A DNA stretch of 64,000 bases, taken from NCBI GenBank assembly GCA_004022145.1, contig RCNU01000015.1. One strand, written 5' to 3'. The translations under genes and the position numbers were made by a program. Of this stretch, positions 1 to 12,534 are shown piece after piece. The notes under the pieces are model-generated. The model saw only the letters and a list, made by a program, of their open reading frames with translations, made no database searches and was not told the DNA's origin. Source of the DNA: Paecilomyces variotii (taxonomy: Eukaryota). Each line of letters begins with the position of its first letter. Within the stretch, counting starts at the first letter, position 1.

Positions 1-3000
1 CACCCTCAGGTGCACGAGAGCCAGCACGCGAGCCAGCTCTCGAGGACGCCGCCGGTGCCGAGGGTGGTGCAATATGCACCTTGCTTACAATCGAAAACAA
101 CAGTTTCTTCTCTTCCCTTGTGCACTTCGGAGCACCTGCGCTTACTCCAAGAACGCGCTCTAGAATATCCTTCACCAGCGCCAAGTGCACAAAGCCGCAA
201 GCACTGGAACTGGCCGCGCCTCCCGCGAGCACCCGTTCTCCTCCCAGGCCAACCACTCGTCGCTCATCAGTCCATTCAACAAGCATACCAACGACTCCGG
301 TCATGAGAGCCTTGACTTCTCGCTCAGCGAGGCTCTCGTCGATGTCGCCATCGCTATCTTCCTCTGCTTCGAGAGAGAAGTACTCCTCTGCTGCGTGGAG
401 AACCGCCCGGACTACCGGTACAGCTATCCGGCGCATATGCTCCGTGTTGGCCAGACGAGAATGGCAATAGACGGGGAAGAAGTAGGCAAGAGCCTGTCTC
501 AGTGCAGGATTTTCCCGAGTTCGTGGGTGGAAGAACGAAACCACCAGGGACTGTAGGAGGGTCTCGATGGCAGACTCGTTCAGTTCTTTGATAGCAGGGG
601 GGATATTAGGTCCAGAGGGCGAGAAAGTGTTGGTGAGCAGAAGCTTCGAAAGAGCTGTGGCTGCAGAAGTCTGAACCGAGGCTGGCGAATTGGCTTTCAG
701 GGCCCTTGAAAACGCCTTCAAGAGTGATTTCTGGAAAACCGGCGGGGATACAGTGTCGCCATCCGGCTGAGCAACAGGAAGAAGCAGGGTGGGATGGGTC
801 GTGAGCATGTCCGAAAGGATTTGTAGCGCGGTCACTTGGAGAGCTTCGTGTCCCTTGCTATAGCAATGGATAAAGAGAATCATGTTCTCTTCTGCGAGGG
901 TCTACAAGACAAGTCAGCCTGCGAAATGGAGAATAATGGTTATTAGGTACGTACCTTGTCAAGTAGACAGCAGAGACCCAAACATTCCAGTCCCCTTTCT
1001 CTGATAGGCGCTTCATGACTCCGAACAGCCGGAACCACGAGGTTATTCAACATGGTGACTAAATGCATGTTCTTCTGCAGATTGCCCTCCACATTTTGGA
1101 GCATGCACTGGGCGATATGCAGGCACTTCATGTTGATAACGATCTCTCGGAGAATCTTAGCCTTGGCCTGTTCTTTATCGAAAGGCTGATCAGGAGTCTC
1201 GGATCGATGACGGCTTGAAGCATCGTCACTCAGTTCAGACTTGGCGGAAACGAAGCTATCCTCCGTCATGATATTATCGTGGACCTCTGCAACTGCTTCA
1301 AGAACCACACCGCAGAACTCGCTTTCTCCCGCAGCATCGGGCCCACAGACGGCTCTCAAGACTTCCACTGTGAGCTTCGTGCACTCTTCAGGCAAGTCTG
1401 CAACGGCCAGTGTCTCCCGTAGAAGCGAGAACATCTTCCGCCTTCCGACTTCATCACTGTAGTCCAAAGTGAGAGCGATATGAAGGAGCTGTTCAACGAT
1501 AAATTCATTCTCCACCGTGTCTTCCTCATTACCCTCGCCCATCTCCTTGGCATTTTTGATCTTCTCCAGGAGGGCTGTAGTGTATTTCGATAAGAAATAA
1601 GCCAGAGCTGTCACTTCTGGCATCTTCTCATCGCCCAGGGATTCGTATTTTCCGTCGTTCTCCAGTCGGCAGAAATCATTGAAGCTGCGCGCCAGAAACG
1701 CGGATTCCGCAGTAAGCGTATCCCAGAACGCTTCATCAAAGAGAATCTCTTCTCGATAATCAGGGCGACCTTCCCAGAAGCTCTTCATCGCTTCGTGCGC
1801 AACACCGCCCTCCATACCGGAGTTGATCACGTCGATTCTCTCCAGCAGCTCCAAGAGCGCGGAAAGATTTGGAGGCGACAGCTGGCCCACTGGGCCTCCT
1901 TGTTCCGCATCATCTCTCTTCCCAGCACAGTCTTCGATCCATCGCTCATAAAATAGTTTGCCCGCCGCTTTCTTAACATTATCGTCACGGTCTCGAAGAC
2001 CCCATCTGAGGAGCTTCTCGCGCATAGACAATGACAAATGACGGAAGTCTCCCAACGTGGGGAGTAGTCTCGCGTACAGTGCACGTCTGGTGGCTGCATC
2101 GAGGTCACGGGCACGTTCGAGGAGATAGGGCAAAGTGGAAGCTGAGAGCGGCAGATTAAGAAGCAGTGTCTTGCGCACTTCCGCACTAGTGTCATTCTGC
2201 AGAATATCAATTAGCTTCTCAAGTAGAGCGGCTCCTCCATCGTCATCGTCATCCTCTTCTGCGTCGTTTCCAGCCAGACGTCCCAGACCCAGGACCGCCT
2301 GTACCCTAACCGTAGGCTCCTTATCTCTGATCCGCTTCAGAAGGGCCTGGCGGATCAGATGGTAAAGCTCATCATCGATCGAGTCGACGGAATTGATGAT
2401 GTGAGATATGATTTGTGTTGTACGGTATCGCACAGTCTTGTCTTTCGCTGCCAGCAGCGGGGTCATGATTGAGATAACATGATGTATCAGCCGTGCCGTA
2501 GGGGTCTCTGGGAACGTGTCGTCCTCATCTGCGGGCGCAAATATCCGCGTTTCTGCTCAATGTCAGCATCAAGCCTTAAGGCCGATAGGAATAGATGTGT
2601 ATTCACCCTTTTCTGATGCGTGAGCCACAAACAGTCCCAAAAAGCGGATTACGCGATCTCCAACAGGCTCCGACTTCTTGATAGGAACCAGACGCAGTAT
2701 ACACCTGCTTATCTCGACGTTGAACTCTTTCTCGGCCTCCGTCTGTTCTTCTGGTAGGATATATTCCTCCGGCTCGTTCTGTCCATCCGGGCCTTTCTTG
2801 CCCGTCTTTCCTTTCTTGGCCACTATTCCACAACAAGTCTCTTGTATCTTCCGCAGTCGAACAACCAGCTTCCGGTGAACTGTAGTAGAGCGCTGGGAAT
2901 CGGCAAATATCGTGCAAACATCCCGGCGCAAGGAGGGCGAAGTGCTAGGCGGCGCAGGTTCTTCCGGAACGACTGAGGGCGCAACAGATCCCGCGCGCCC

Positions 3001-3066
3001 AGATGGCTGCGCAGACGATCTGCGCGCGGTGGTGCTGCTAGAACGGGCGGAAACTCGAGCAGGCAT
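1..3066 (-). CDS. ycg1: Condensin complex HEAT subunit (Ycg1/Cnd3/CAP-G), 3' end truncated by window edge
   Basis: Exons 3066-2607, 2552-955 and 901-<1 are joined by GT-AG introns with GCTGAC branch sites. Splicing gives continuous reading (…HASEK/ETRIFAP…, …CCLLDK/TLAEENM…). Motifs KTVRYRTTQ, RIRDKEPTVRVQAV, DTSAEVRK and LDYSDEVGRRKM are typical of CAP-G. Confidence 0.93.
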
Positions 3067-3304
3067 GATGATACCTCTGCGAAGGTGTGTCGACTACGTT
3101 ATGTTCGAGTTAATTAGGGGATGGGTGAAATCTCGGTCGCTGACGGTCGAGTCCACGGGAAACTTAAGACATTCTTAAACTAAGCGTCATAAGTCTTAAC
3201 AGTCGTCAATGTCTGCAGATGCAATGCGATGCGATATTGTCCTGATCAGGTTGTCGAAGACAACCGCCGTATCGTCGATGAAACTGATGACTGCACGGCG
3301 CGGA

Positions 3305-3334
3305 GTAAACAAAGGCCCGAAGGGGTAAACAAAG
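3305..3334. promoter_or_regulatory. Tandem forkhead-type sites (GTAAACAAAG x2) in the ycg1/cysB divergent promoter
   Basis: Exact 10-mer GTAAACAAAG at 3305-3314 and 3325-3334, matching the Fkh/Sep1 consensus GTAAACAA. It lies ~250 bp upstream of a mitotic (condensin) gene. Confidence 0.4.
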
Positions 3335-3708
3335 CTGAGGCTTCCGCTGTCACGCTCACGCTAAGATAAGGGCAAGGGCTAGGGTAAGGGCTACATCTAC
3401 AGGCAGTTTCCAGCTTCATGTTCCTCATTTTGAAGGATCATTGACACAATTCATCTCTGAACAGGAAAATTATTAGACCAATTCCTCTAGCATGATTCTA
3501 GTTCTCATACAAGGCTGCAATGCTCGTTCACTCCCATCTTTATCGGACAAGTATCCGTCCCGCACACGTGATTTCGCGGCTGTGCTGACTCATCCCGACA
3601 ATCGGACGGTCTTTGCGGAGAAGCCGGCGATTGCGACATTATTGATTTTCCTGGAATCTCTTGTCTGATCAGCTCACACAGACACTGCAAAGATCAGAGC
3701 TGCCCAGC

Positions 3709-4878
3709 ATGTTCAGAAGAGGTGTGCGCCAGTTCGCCACGACGGCGCTGCGGAGCGCTGAGGCTTCGACTCCGTACCACATCAAGGTGTCCAAGGCGCA
3801 GGGCGTCGTCAACGGTCTCACGGAAGGCATGTTTCCATCATTCAATGCTAGACTGTAGCTAACAATCTGATCCTATGCAGCCATTGGAAATACTCCACTG
3901 ATCCGCCTGAAGCGCCTCTCTGAGCAGACCGGCTGCAATATCCTGGGCAAGGCTGAATTCCAGAACCCCGGTGGAAGTGTTAAGGACCGAGCCGCGCTTT
4001 ACGTCGTTAAGGATGCGGAGGAAAAGGGACTTCTCCGTCCTGGTGGAACAGTTGTCGAGGGCACGGCTGGAAACACCGGAATTGGACTGGCCCACGTCTG
4101 CCGTTCAAAGGGTTATAAGCTCGTGATTTATATGCCTAATACTCAGTCGCAGGGCAAGATTGATCTCCTGCGCCTGCTCGGTGCCGAGGTCTACCCGGTA
4201 CCTGCCGTGGCATTCGACAACCCTGAGAATTACAACCACCAGGCACGTCGTCATGCGGAATCGCTTGATAACGCTGTCTGGACGAACCAATTCGACAATA
4301 TTGCCAACCGTCAGGCTCATATTGAGACTACTGGTCCGGAGATCTGGACGCAGACGGAAGGAAAGATCGATGCTTTCACTTGCGCCACGGGAACTGCTGG
4401 TACATTGGCTGGTATCACAAGATATTTGAAAACCGTGAGCGACGGACGAGTCAAGAGCTTCTTGGCCGACCCTCCAGGCAGTGTCCTCCACAGTTACATC
4501 CAGAGCGGTGGCAAACTGGTTGAACGTACGGGCAGCAGTATCACCGAGGGCATTGGACAGGGACGTATCACGGACAACTTGAAGCCTGACATTGATCTAC
4601 TCGACGGTTCACTAAATATCAGCGACGAGAAGACCATCGAGATGATCTACCGCTGCCTCGATGAAGAGGGCCTGTACCTGGGTGCTAGCTCCGCTCTTAA
4701 TGTTGTTGCCGCCAAGGAGGTTGCTGAGAAGCTAGGAAAAGGTCACACAGTCGTGACAATTCTCTGCGATGGTGCGTACAGGTATGCTGATCGCCTGTTC
4801 TCCGATAAGTGGCTGCGCAGCAAGAACCTGCGGGATTCCATCCCTAAGCACCTTGAGAAGTACATCGTACTGCCTTAA
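3709..4878 (+). CDS. cysB: Cysteine synthase (O-acetylserine sulfhydrylase), with mitochondrial-type presequence
   Basis: Exon 1 is 3709-3826 ([16 protein letters not shown]…), then a GC-AG intron at 3827-3880, then exon 2 at 3881-4878. Contains [10 protein letters not shown], the PLP-lysine motif [22 protein letters not shown] and ITEGIG. Confidence 0.95.
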
Positions 4879-4966
4879 ACTCTGGGAGCGAAGCTCGCTG
4901 AGCTCGAGTTCTCTAGCAACTAGCTCACCCATCCATCTCTGTGGGTGGAGCTAGAAAGGCGTGGGA
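4879..4966 (+). repeat. Dispersed ~88-bp element, copy A (starts immediately after the cysB stop codon)
   Basis: About 84% identical by hand alignment to the reverse complement of 39901-39988. Core TTCTCTAGCAACTAGCTC…TCTCTGTGGGTGGAGCTAGAAA, with a hairpin at 4920-4954. Confidence 0.85.
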
Positions 4967-6990
4967 GGAACCCGACAGGAGGCCTGCCAGCAGGCAGGCT
5001 CCGACATAAACCATTGTCTGAATAACAGTGTTGGTTGGGACGCATAACACTGTCTTGTATCTGTACATATACATTGAGAAATTAGCCTGTCTGCATTACG
5101 GGTAACCAGAGCAGCGTTTCGTTCATGATCAGTATGTAGAAGGCCGGACCGGAACTGCCTTGGCAACCTCTGCCGTTCTTGTCCTGAGACTCACCTCCTT
5201 GGAGGCTCAAAGTATGACAATCGCGTCATCAAAGTATCCGATAATCTAGCTAGCGGTCAAGTTGAGCCGTGGTGTCTGCTCTCACCAGGCGACGAACCAA
5301 ATGAAAGCACGAGAGCTTGTTGATCCTCGTATAGTTCAGATTCCTCGACCGCAACCATCTCTTCACTAACTCGGGTTGGGGATCTATCTTAATGGACAGG
5401 AGAAATGATTATTGATTCTGTTACTGACCACCGTCGAGAAAATTGCAAGGATTCTGCGGCATTTCAGCCCTATCACTGCAAATACACCTGGTAGCTTGAG
5501 TGGTGGCCCATCGATCGGCATCCTTTGGCCTGATACAAATGACTTAACTGTCACACACCTCGCATAGAAGAGTGGTTTAATGTGTTGAAAGGATACATTT
5601 GGTTTTCTAGCAGTGCTCTATCTACAGAAGTATTGTGCTTGGGCTGTTTTCGACAGACAAGACTCTCCGCCGATGTTGTATGGGAGCCAGCCACCAAAGT
5701 GTGCTAGAGTGTAACGGACATAATCACGTGATTGTAAATCATCCACCAAACTGAGACCTCAAGCCACGTTTCCCATAGACGATCGATCTATCGGAATAAC
5801 GTACGCCAGGATCGCATCTCTCTTCTCTACAGGCTATCGCAAGGACAGCTAGAACAGTAGTGAAAAGAAGATCGATCTTCCCAACCACTCGCAGCGTTAT
5901 CGAGTTTCCTCAAAACGCATCGCGAAGCGGTCGTGCCTGCAGTGAGGATCTGCAAAGCACAGTTTGACAAGACTCCGAACCCATCCAGTAGGGAGTCATG
6001 GAACTTGATTTTCAAAAATTCCCAGCCGATCCGAAGACCAACTGGAGCGGTCAAACTAGGTAGTTTTCAACTAGCAAAAACGCGATCTCGGACGAATCCT
6101 CACTGATACGCGTATGCCCGTGCACTAGGATGGAGAGGAAAAGAAAGAAAAAGATCAAAGGAGGGCCGGTCGAGGAGGCTTAAATACCTTGGAGCGGGAA
6201 GAGGGTTTCGCGCTAGTGTAAGCGAGATCCGTTAAGCGAGGCACTAGTCCTGTTTTGGTTTGTTGCCTCCGCCGAAGTTCTGCCAGCTTCGGTCGGTGCC
6301 TGGATGATATGGAAATTAACTTATCAGTGGCACCATCATACCTAGTACTCTAGAGTCTCGAGCAGGATGGCAAATAAGTGAGATTATAATAACCATGCTT
6401 GAGGGTCTCTCGCATCGAAAGTGGGGGTTGGAAGCGGGAAGAGAACGTGGGGTTCATCTAGCAGGCTAGCTGGACTTGGAGCTTGTGCAGTTCATAGAGC
6501 AGCAAACACGATAATGGAGTATTCCGATACCTGCACTGTGACACAACCAGAATACTTGATGCGCCCAGTATTGTCTACAAGGATGCTTCCGTAATGTTAT
6601 AGCGACCAAACCTAGCAGGTAGAAATGGGAAATCCTGATGCAGTGTTATTTCGCGTTCATGGATTGATCAAGGTCCTCGAAATATATATTGTTCGGCCTG
6701 CAACGTCTTTGCCATACATTACTTCAAGTCTACGCACATAACGAGGCCTAACCATCCACTATAAATTTGTACAGTACAGTCAAATAATAGCAACAATACC
6801 CGTATCTTACAGCTCCCAAGAATCGCGTGCATCAAAACTATTGTAGTATTACATTCTACGCTCCGTTGTCTGGTTGGGGGCTACCTCCGACCAAGCCTCC
6901 GATCGCTAGCGGCGGAGAAGAATCCGAATATTTTTGATGTCATATTCGTCTCGACTCGACTTCTTCCTTCACCTTCATACACCAACAATA

Positions 6991-8684
6991 ATGTCGACCG
7001 CAAGAGGCGTCTCAATTGCTCTTCGCCGGGCACGACTGCCCAGGGCCAGCCGCGTCGCACGCCCCATTGTCCCTTACGCGCCCGCAGCAGCGGTGCGGTC
7101 GTTCAGCGTCTCCTCCGCAGTCGGAGCGGACGCTACAAAGGAAATCAAATATACGAGCGCCGCCTATCCTAACGTCAAGCGGGACCCCAAGTTCGCTGAC
7201 CTGACAGAAGAGCATGTTCGCTACTTCAAAAGTCTTATGGACGCTCAGTCTGCCGTCATTGATGGCGTGACGACGGAAGCAGCAGACGATATCGAGCCAT
7301 TCAACAGCGACTGGATGCGCAAGTACCGCGGACACACCAGACTCGTGCTCAAGCCCCAGACCAAGGAGGAAGTCAGCCAGATCTTGAAATACTGCAACGA
7401 GAACAAGCTCGCTGTGGTGCCGCAGGGTGGAAACACCGGACTGGTCGGAGGATCTGTTCCTGTTTTCGACGAGATAGTCATCAACACCTCCCGGATGAAC
7501 AAGATCCGTTCGTTCGATGAAGCCACTGGAGTCTTGGTTGCCGATGCGGGTGTCATTCTGGAGGTGGCCGATCAGTATCTGGCAGAGCGAGACCATCTGT
7601 TCCCTCTGGATCTGGGTGCCAAGGGATCCTGCCACATTGGCGGCAACGTCGCTACGAACGCTGGTGGACTGCGTCTACTGCGTTACGGAAGTCTGCACGG
7701 AAACGTGCTGGGTGTTGAGGCTGTCCTGCCCGATGGCACCATTCTTGATGGTCTCTCGACGCTTCGAAAGAACAACACCGGCTACGACCTCAAGCAGCTC
7801 TTCATTGGCGCCGAGGGTACGATTGGAATCATCACCGGAGTGTCCATCCTGTGCCCTCCTCGTCCCAAGGCTGTCAACGTCGCTTACTTCGGTCTGGAGA
7901 GCTTCGACCAGGTCCGTCAGGCCTACAAGGAGGCCAAGGGACAACTGTCCGAGATCCTGTCTGCGTTTGAGCTGATGGACGGACGGACGCAGAACTTGGT
8001 GCACAAGGTTACTGGAAACAAGCGCCCCCTGGAGGGAGACTACCCCTTCTACTGCCTGATCGAGACCAGTGGATCCAATGCGGAGCATGACATTGCTAAA
8101 CTGGAAAGCTTCCTGGAGTATATCATGGGTGAAGGCATCGTTGCGGACGGTGTTCTGGCGCAAGATGAGTCTCAGATCCAGGCGCTCTGGGGCTGGCGTG
8201 AGGGCATCACGGAAACCCTGAGCCACCTGGGTGGTACTTACAAGTATGATGTTTCCATCCCGTTGGCGGAACTCTACCAGCTCGTGGAGGACTGCCGGGA
8301 GCGTCTGACAAAGCTGGGCTTCGTCGGAGATGACGACTCCTTCCCGGTCAGAGACGTCGTCGGATACGGCCACATGGGTGACTCGAACCTTCACTTGAAC
8401 GTCTCCGTGCGACAGTACAACAAGGATGTCGAGAAGGCGATCGAGCCGTGGGTGTACGAGTGGATCCAGAAGCGCAATGGCAGTATCAGCGCCGAGCATG
8501 GACTGGGGCTTGCTAAGAAGGAGTTCATCGGCTACAGTCAGAACGACACGAACTTGAAGCTGATGAAGCAGATCAAGAACCTCTACGATCCGGTAAGTAG
8601 ACCTAGGTATCTCACTGTTCACGAATGACGCGAGACTAACTTTGACATCAGAACGGAATCATGAACCCTTACAAGTATATATAA
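6991..8684 (+). CDS. dld2: Mitochondrial FAD-linked D-lactate / D-2-hydroxyglutarate dehydrogenase (Dld2-like)
   Basis: Contains PQGGNTGLVGGSVP, GGNVATNAGGLR, KNNTGYDLKQLFIGAEGTIG, GHMGDSNLHLN and GSISAEHGLG. Intron 8593-8651 joins …LYDP to NGIMNPYKYI*. Confidence 0.93.
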
Positions 8685-10445
8685 ACAATCTAAAAGCGAC
8701 AGCTCCAGATTCATCTTCATTCTATCTTCCCACGGGCAGCACGTGAACCGTAAGGAAACGTCCACAGGACTAAAGCAAGCATGTACTGTACATCTAGAGC
8801 AGCCATTCGTGTAATATACCCTCGGCCTTCTCACTTTACGACCTGAGTAGGAAAAGTGCAACCAGTATCTACCACGGTACCACCAGCAATGGTCCTCCAC
8901 AAATCACCCCTTATGACGCAAAATATGCAGGTACAGCACCCTAAATCCCCCCCAAACCCACACAAGCATGCATAACTATGTATATCAAGTTCCTCGGCTA
9001 TCAACCGACTCAGAAAAATCCGGAGAAGGACTCCTCCCAGAAGAGGCATAAGCAATATAAAGTTCATTCTAGACCCCCAAGAATGGAACCTAGACTTGGG
9101 CAACTAGGCAATGACAGCTCTTGTACCTGGCAGGTGACGTCCTTGACGTGCGAATCATCATGTCTTCTGTGTGCTGTGGAGGGCTTGGAGCTCAGGTACG
9201 AAGCAAGGGGGAGCGTAGAAGCGTGGAAGTTTATGTTGTGGAGGGGTAGCGTGATGTCCTTGCGTTTTGCTTGCCTTGTGGCTTTTACGAGAAATTGTGC
9301 AAAAAAGATTCATATGAAGGAAAAGGGAAGAGAAGGATGGGGTGTTATGTAGTTCAGCTTGGTTTGATTCCTCGTGCTTTATTATTGTCTTTTCTTTATC
9401 TTTATCTTTATTTTCATTTTATTGCCATTTTTTTTCGTTTTCTACTTCCTCTTGGTATATAGTAGTAGTTCCTAGCGGGCCGCTTTGCTAATGACAGTAA
9501 TTCCCGTCCCGAGGCTCGAACACGAATTGACTTTGTAGAGTAGAAGACACGGTACAACGGGAGACTCTTCTAGATGACAATGGATGTAGTGATCTGCTCG
9601 TATTATCGCCAATGATCAGGTGTGATGTGATATGACGGGTATCCGCTTCTCGGATATTGAGCGGTGAGACAATCTCCCGTTTAGGTGGTTCGATTTTCTT
9701 TTGGTTATTATTATTACTATCTTCTTGATGTAAACAAGTTGCCGAAACGGGACGATGTAGAGAGGGGGCTGATGTGATTGTCAGCAACAGGAAATCTCGT
9801 TCGTTATATGTGAAAAAGGCAATGAGGCAAAAACATGATCTCTTGTGTGTCATCCCCAGGAATATAATCGAATAATACTCATCTGATCCGACCTTCTCGA
9901 TGGAAGATTTATCGTATATTATAGAGTATTATTATCTGCTCACAATCACAATCCCATGGTAACAACCCGGGGGTGGAACATCTAAAAGACCCGCCCTAAA
10001 ATAACGCCGCATTAGCGTGTCCTGGTTGCTATGCGCGACGGGATGTTGGCCCCGGAACTTCAGCGGCAACCTTCGAAGAAGTTTAGGTAGGGGAGGACGA
10101 TGGCCCACGGCTGCGAAAGGCTCCGGGTGACCGCTCGGACGGTTTGATCGGCAGCTTTTTGGGATAGGCGACGTTTGATAGATAATAATCAATTTGTTCG
10201 CCCGCATTCTTCCCGAATCACTCCCTCGTTCCACGTCCCTTTGGGCTGCTTGTGTCGGGTTGTCTTTTCCCCTCCTTCAGGCTTCAAGCTCCGCTGCTCG
10301 TTTTGAGTTGTTGTCGCTGGGCTGCTTGCGATTCAGGCGAGAGCCTAGATTCGACGAACAGAGGGGGCTTGTGCTGTTGATTTGCTGGTTTCCGTGTTTG
10401 GACGTTGACTTTTCTTGTTCCTGCGCAAGTCGCCGGTAAGGCAAG

Positions 10446-12534
10446 ATGGAAGACATGGCCAATCGATACCAGATGATGGAGGAGTTGGGGAGTGAGTTAC
10501 TCAATTCATAGCATTGTGTCTTGTTGTCAGCTTCTTGTGCTAACAGCGGTAACTGCAAACAGGTGGAAGCTTCGGGACGGTATACAAAGCCATTGAGAAG
10601 GAGACTGGAGAGCTGGTTGCTATCAAGCACGTATGTTGAGTGAGCTCCTGTGGTGGTGGGCCCAGCTGACATTGTCGTTCTTCTCCAGATCGACCTTGAA
10701 TCGAGTGAAGATGACATCCAAGAAATTCAACAAGAGATCTCGGTCCTGGCGACATGTGCGAGTCCTTTCGTCACACAATACAAGGCAAGCTTCTTGCGGG
10801 GCCACAAGCTGTGGATTGTCATGGAATTCTTGGGAGGAGGCTCGTGTCTGGACCTGGTAATACCGATTTCGACTCGACGTGGGATGTACCAAAGCTAATT
10901 TTCATAGCTCAAACCCGGAGTTTTCAACGAAGCCCATGTTGCCATCATTTGTCGCGAGTTGCTTTTAGGTCTGGATTACCTGCACAACGAAGGAAAGATA
11001 CACCGAGATATCAAGGCGGCAAATGTTCTCCTCTCGCATGCCGGAAAGGTCAAACTGGCGGATTTCGGAGTCGCCGCACAACTCACTAATATCAAATCTC
11101 AAAGGAACACATTCGTCGGGACGCCTTTCTGGATGGCGCCGGAGGTTATCCAGCAGGCTGGATATGACTTCAAGGCAGACGTCTGGTCTCTTGGTATTAC
11201 GGCAATGGAGATGCTCAACGGGGAGCCGCCGAATGCGAGCACGCATCCGATGAAAGTCCTGTTCCTCATTCCGAAGGCACCCGCTCCTCGACTTGAAGGG
11301 AATGATTTCAGCAACACCGTAAAGGATTTTATCGCTCAGTGTCTGATCAAGGACCCGGATCGGAGACCTTCGGCAAAGGAACTGCTTAGACATAAATTCA
11401 TAAGGAACGCCGGGAAGACGGAGGCCCTGCAGGAGTTGATCCAACGGAAACATGACTGGGACTCAGGAAAGGGCCAGACAGACAATGTCAAATACTATGC
11501 GGAGTCTCTGTAGGTCAATGAGACCTTCTCGAGATGAACAACAGCTAACCGTCTCAGGAATACCATATCGCCCAAAGATGATGATGACGGATGGGTCTTC
11601 GACACAGTCAAAGCACCGACAATGGCCATTCCCAAGCAGACACTGCGGAGGAAGAAGCTTCCCACGATCCCACTTGAATGTCCCGAGGAGCAAGAGACAG
11701 AAATGTCTCAGGGAATGGAGAATCTCCATATCGAGAGTCCGCAGTACCCACCTCAGCCTGCTGCCAACTTCACAGTACGGCGGGTGACAGGACCTGAACG
11801 TTCTCCGTCCGTCAAGAGAGCCAACAGCAAGCGCAAGTCTAGTGGCGTGAAACAGCCGCTGGGCTTGAACCTGAGTTTTGGAAATAGCCCATCTACCGTT
11901 CGTCAGTTCCGCCGCACGTCGGACAAAGTGGTAGGAGACGACGGCCAGTACTCTTCACTGCCTGCGGGTATGGAGGAGAATATGGGACAGAAGACTCTGT
12001 TCTCGGACAGCAACAGCAAGGAGGCGCAGCTTGGTCGAAGAGCGTACAACAAGGCTGTCGGCCTGTCCTGCCAGGAGATCCTTGCGAATACAGGTGACGG
12101 GGAGAAGAGAGAGGCCATTTCACGGTTAGCTGAAGCCTGGAGTGATCTGGAAATGGTTGATCCAGAAGGCCTCTACCATATCGTGAAGTTAATGAATGAT
12201 AAGATTCAAGGGTAAGTATCTCCCATGTATTTAATGGGGTGTTCGACGCTGACTTCTGCTATCCAGGGACGCAAAGCTTTCCGCTGCTCTTCTCCCTGAA
12301 GCTCCGCCCACTGCTCCTCAGAAGCCACGGTTGGTCCTCGCGCAGAACAATCCTCATCTCAAGAGTCACCGTCGCCGTCAGTCAGCGCAAGTCCATGCCG
12401 AAGTGGAATGGCAAGGCCAGTCACCGAATCTGCCAGGACAGCATGTTCCTGGGATGGAACATACGCAGCAGCTGGCCGATGTCTTGTATCAGCGCTGGAC
12501 AGAAGGTCTGCGTATTCGATGGCCCGCTGTATGA
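10446..12534 (+). CDS. sid1: STE20/GCK-family Ser/Thr kinase, Sid1/SepL-like (septation initiation network)
   Basis: The spliced N-terminus reads [25 protein letters not shown]…[22 protein letters not shown]. Also [23 protein letters not shown] and C-terminal [15 protein letters not shown]. About 5 GT-AG introns. Confidence 0.85.

Noticed and set aside
7012-8622. Long antisense ORFs (207 aa and 315 aa) opposite dld2
   Set aside because: These are shadow ORFs produced by the codon bias of a GC3-rich gene, with no recognisable motifs. The same applies to shadow ORFs over sid1, the MFS porter and the Mae1-like gene.
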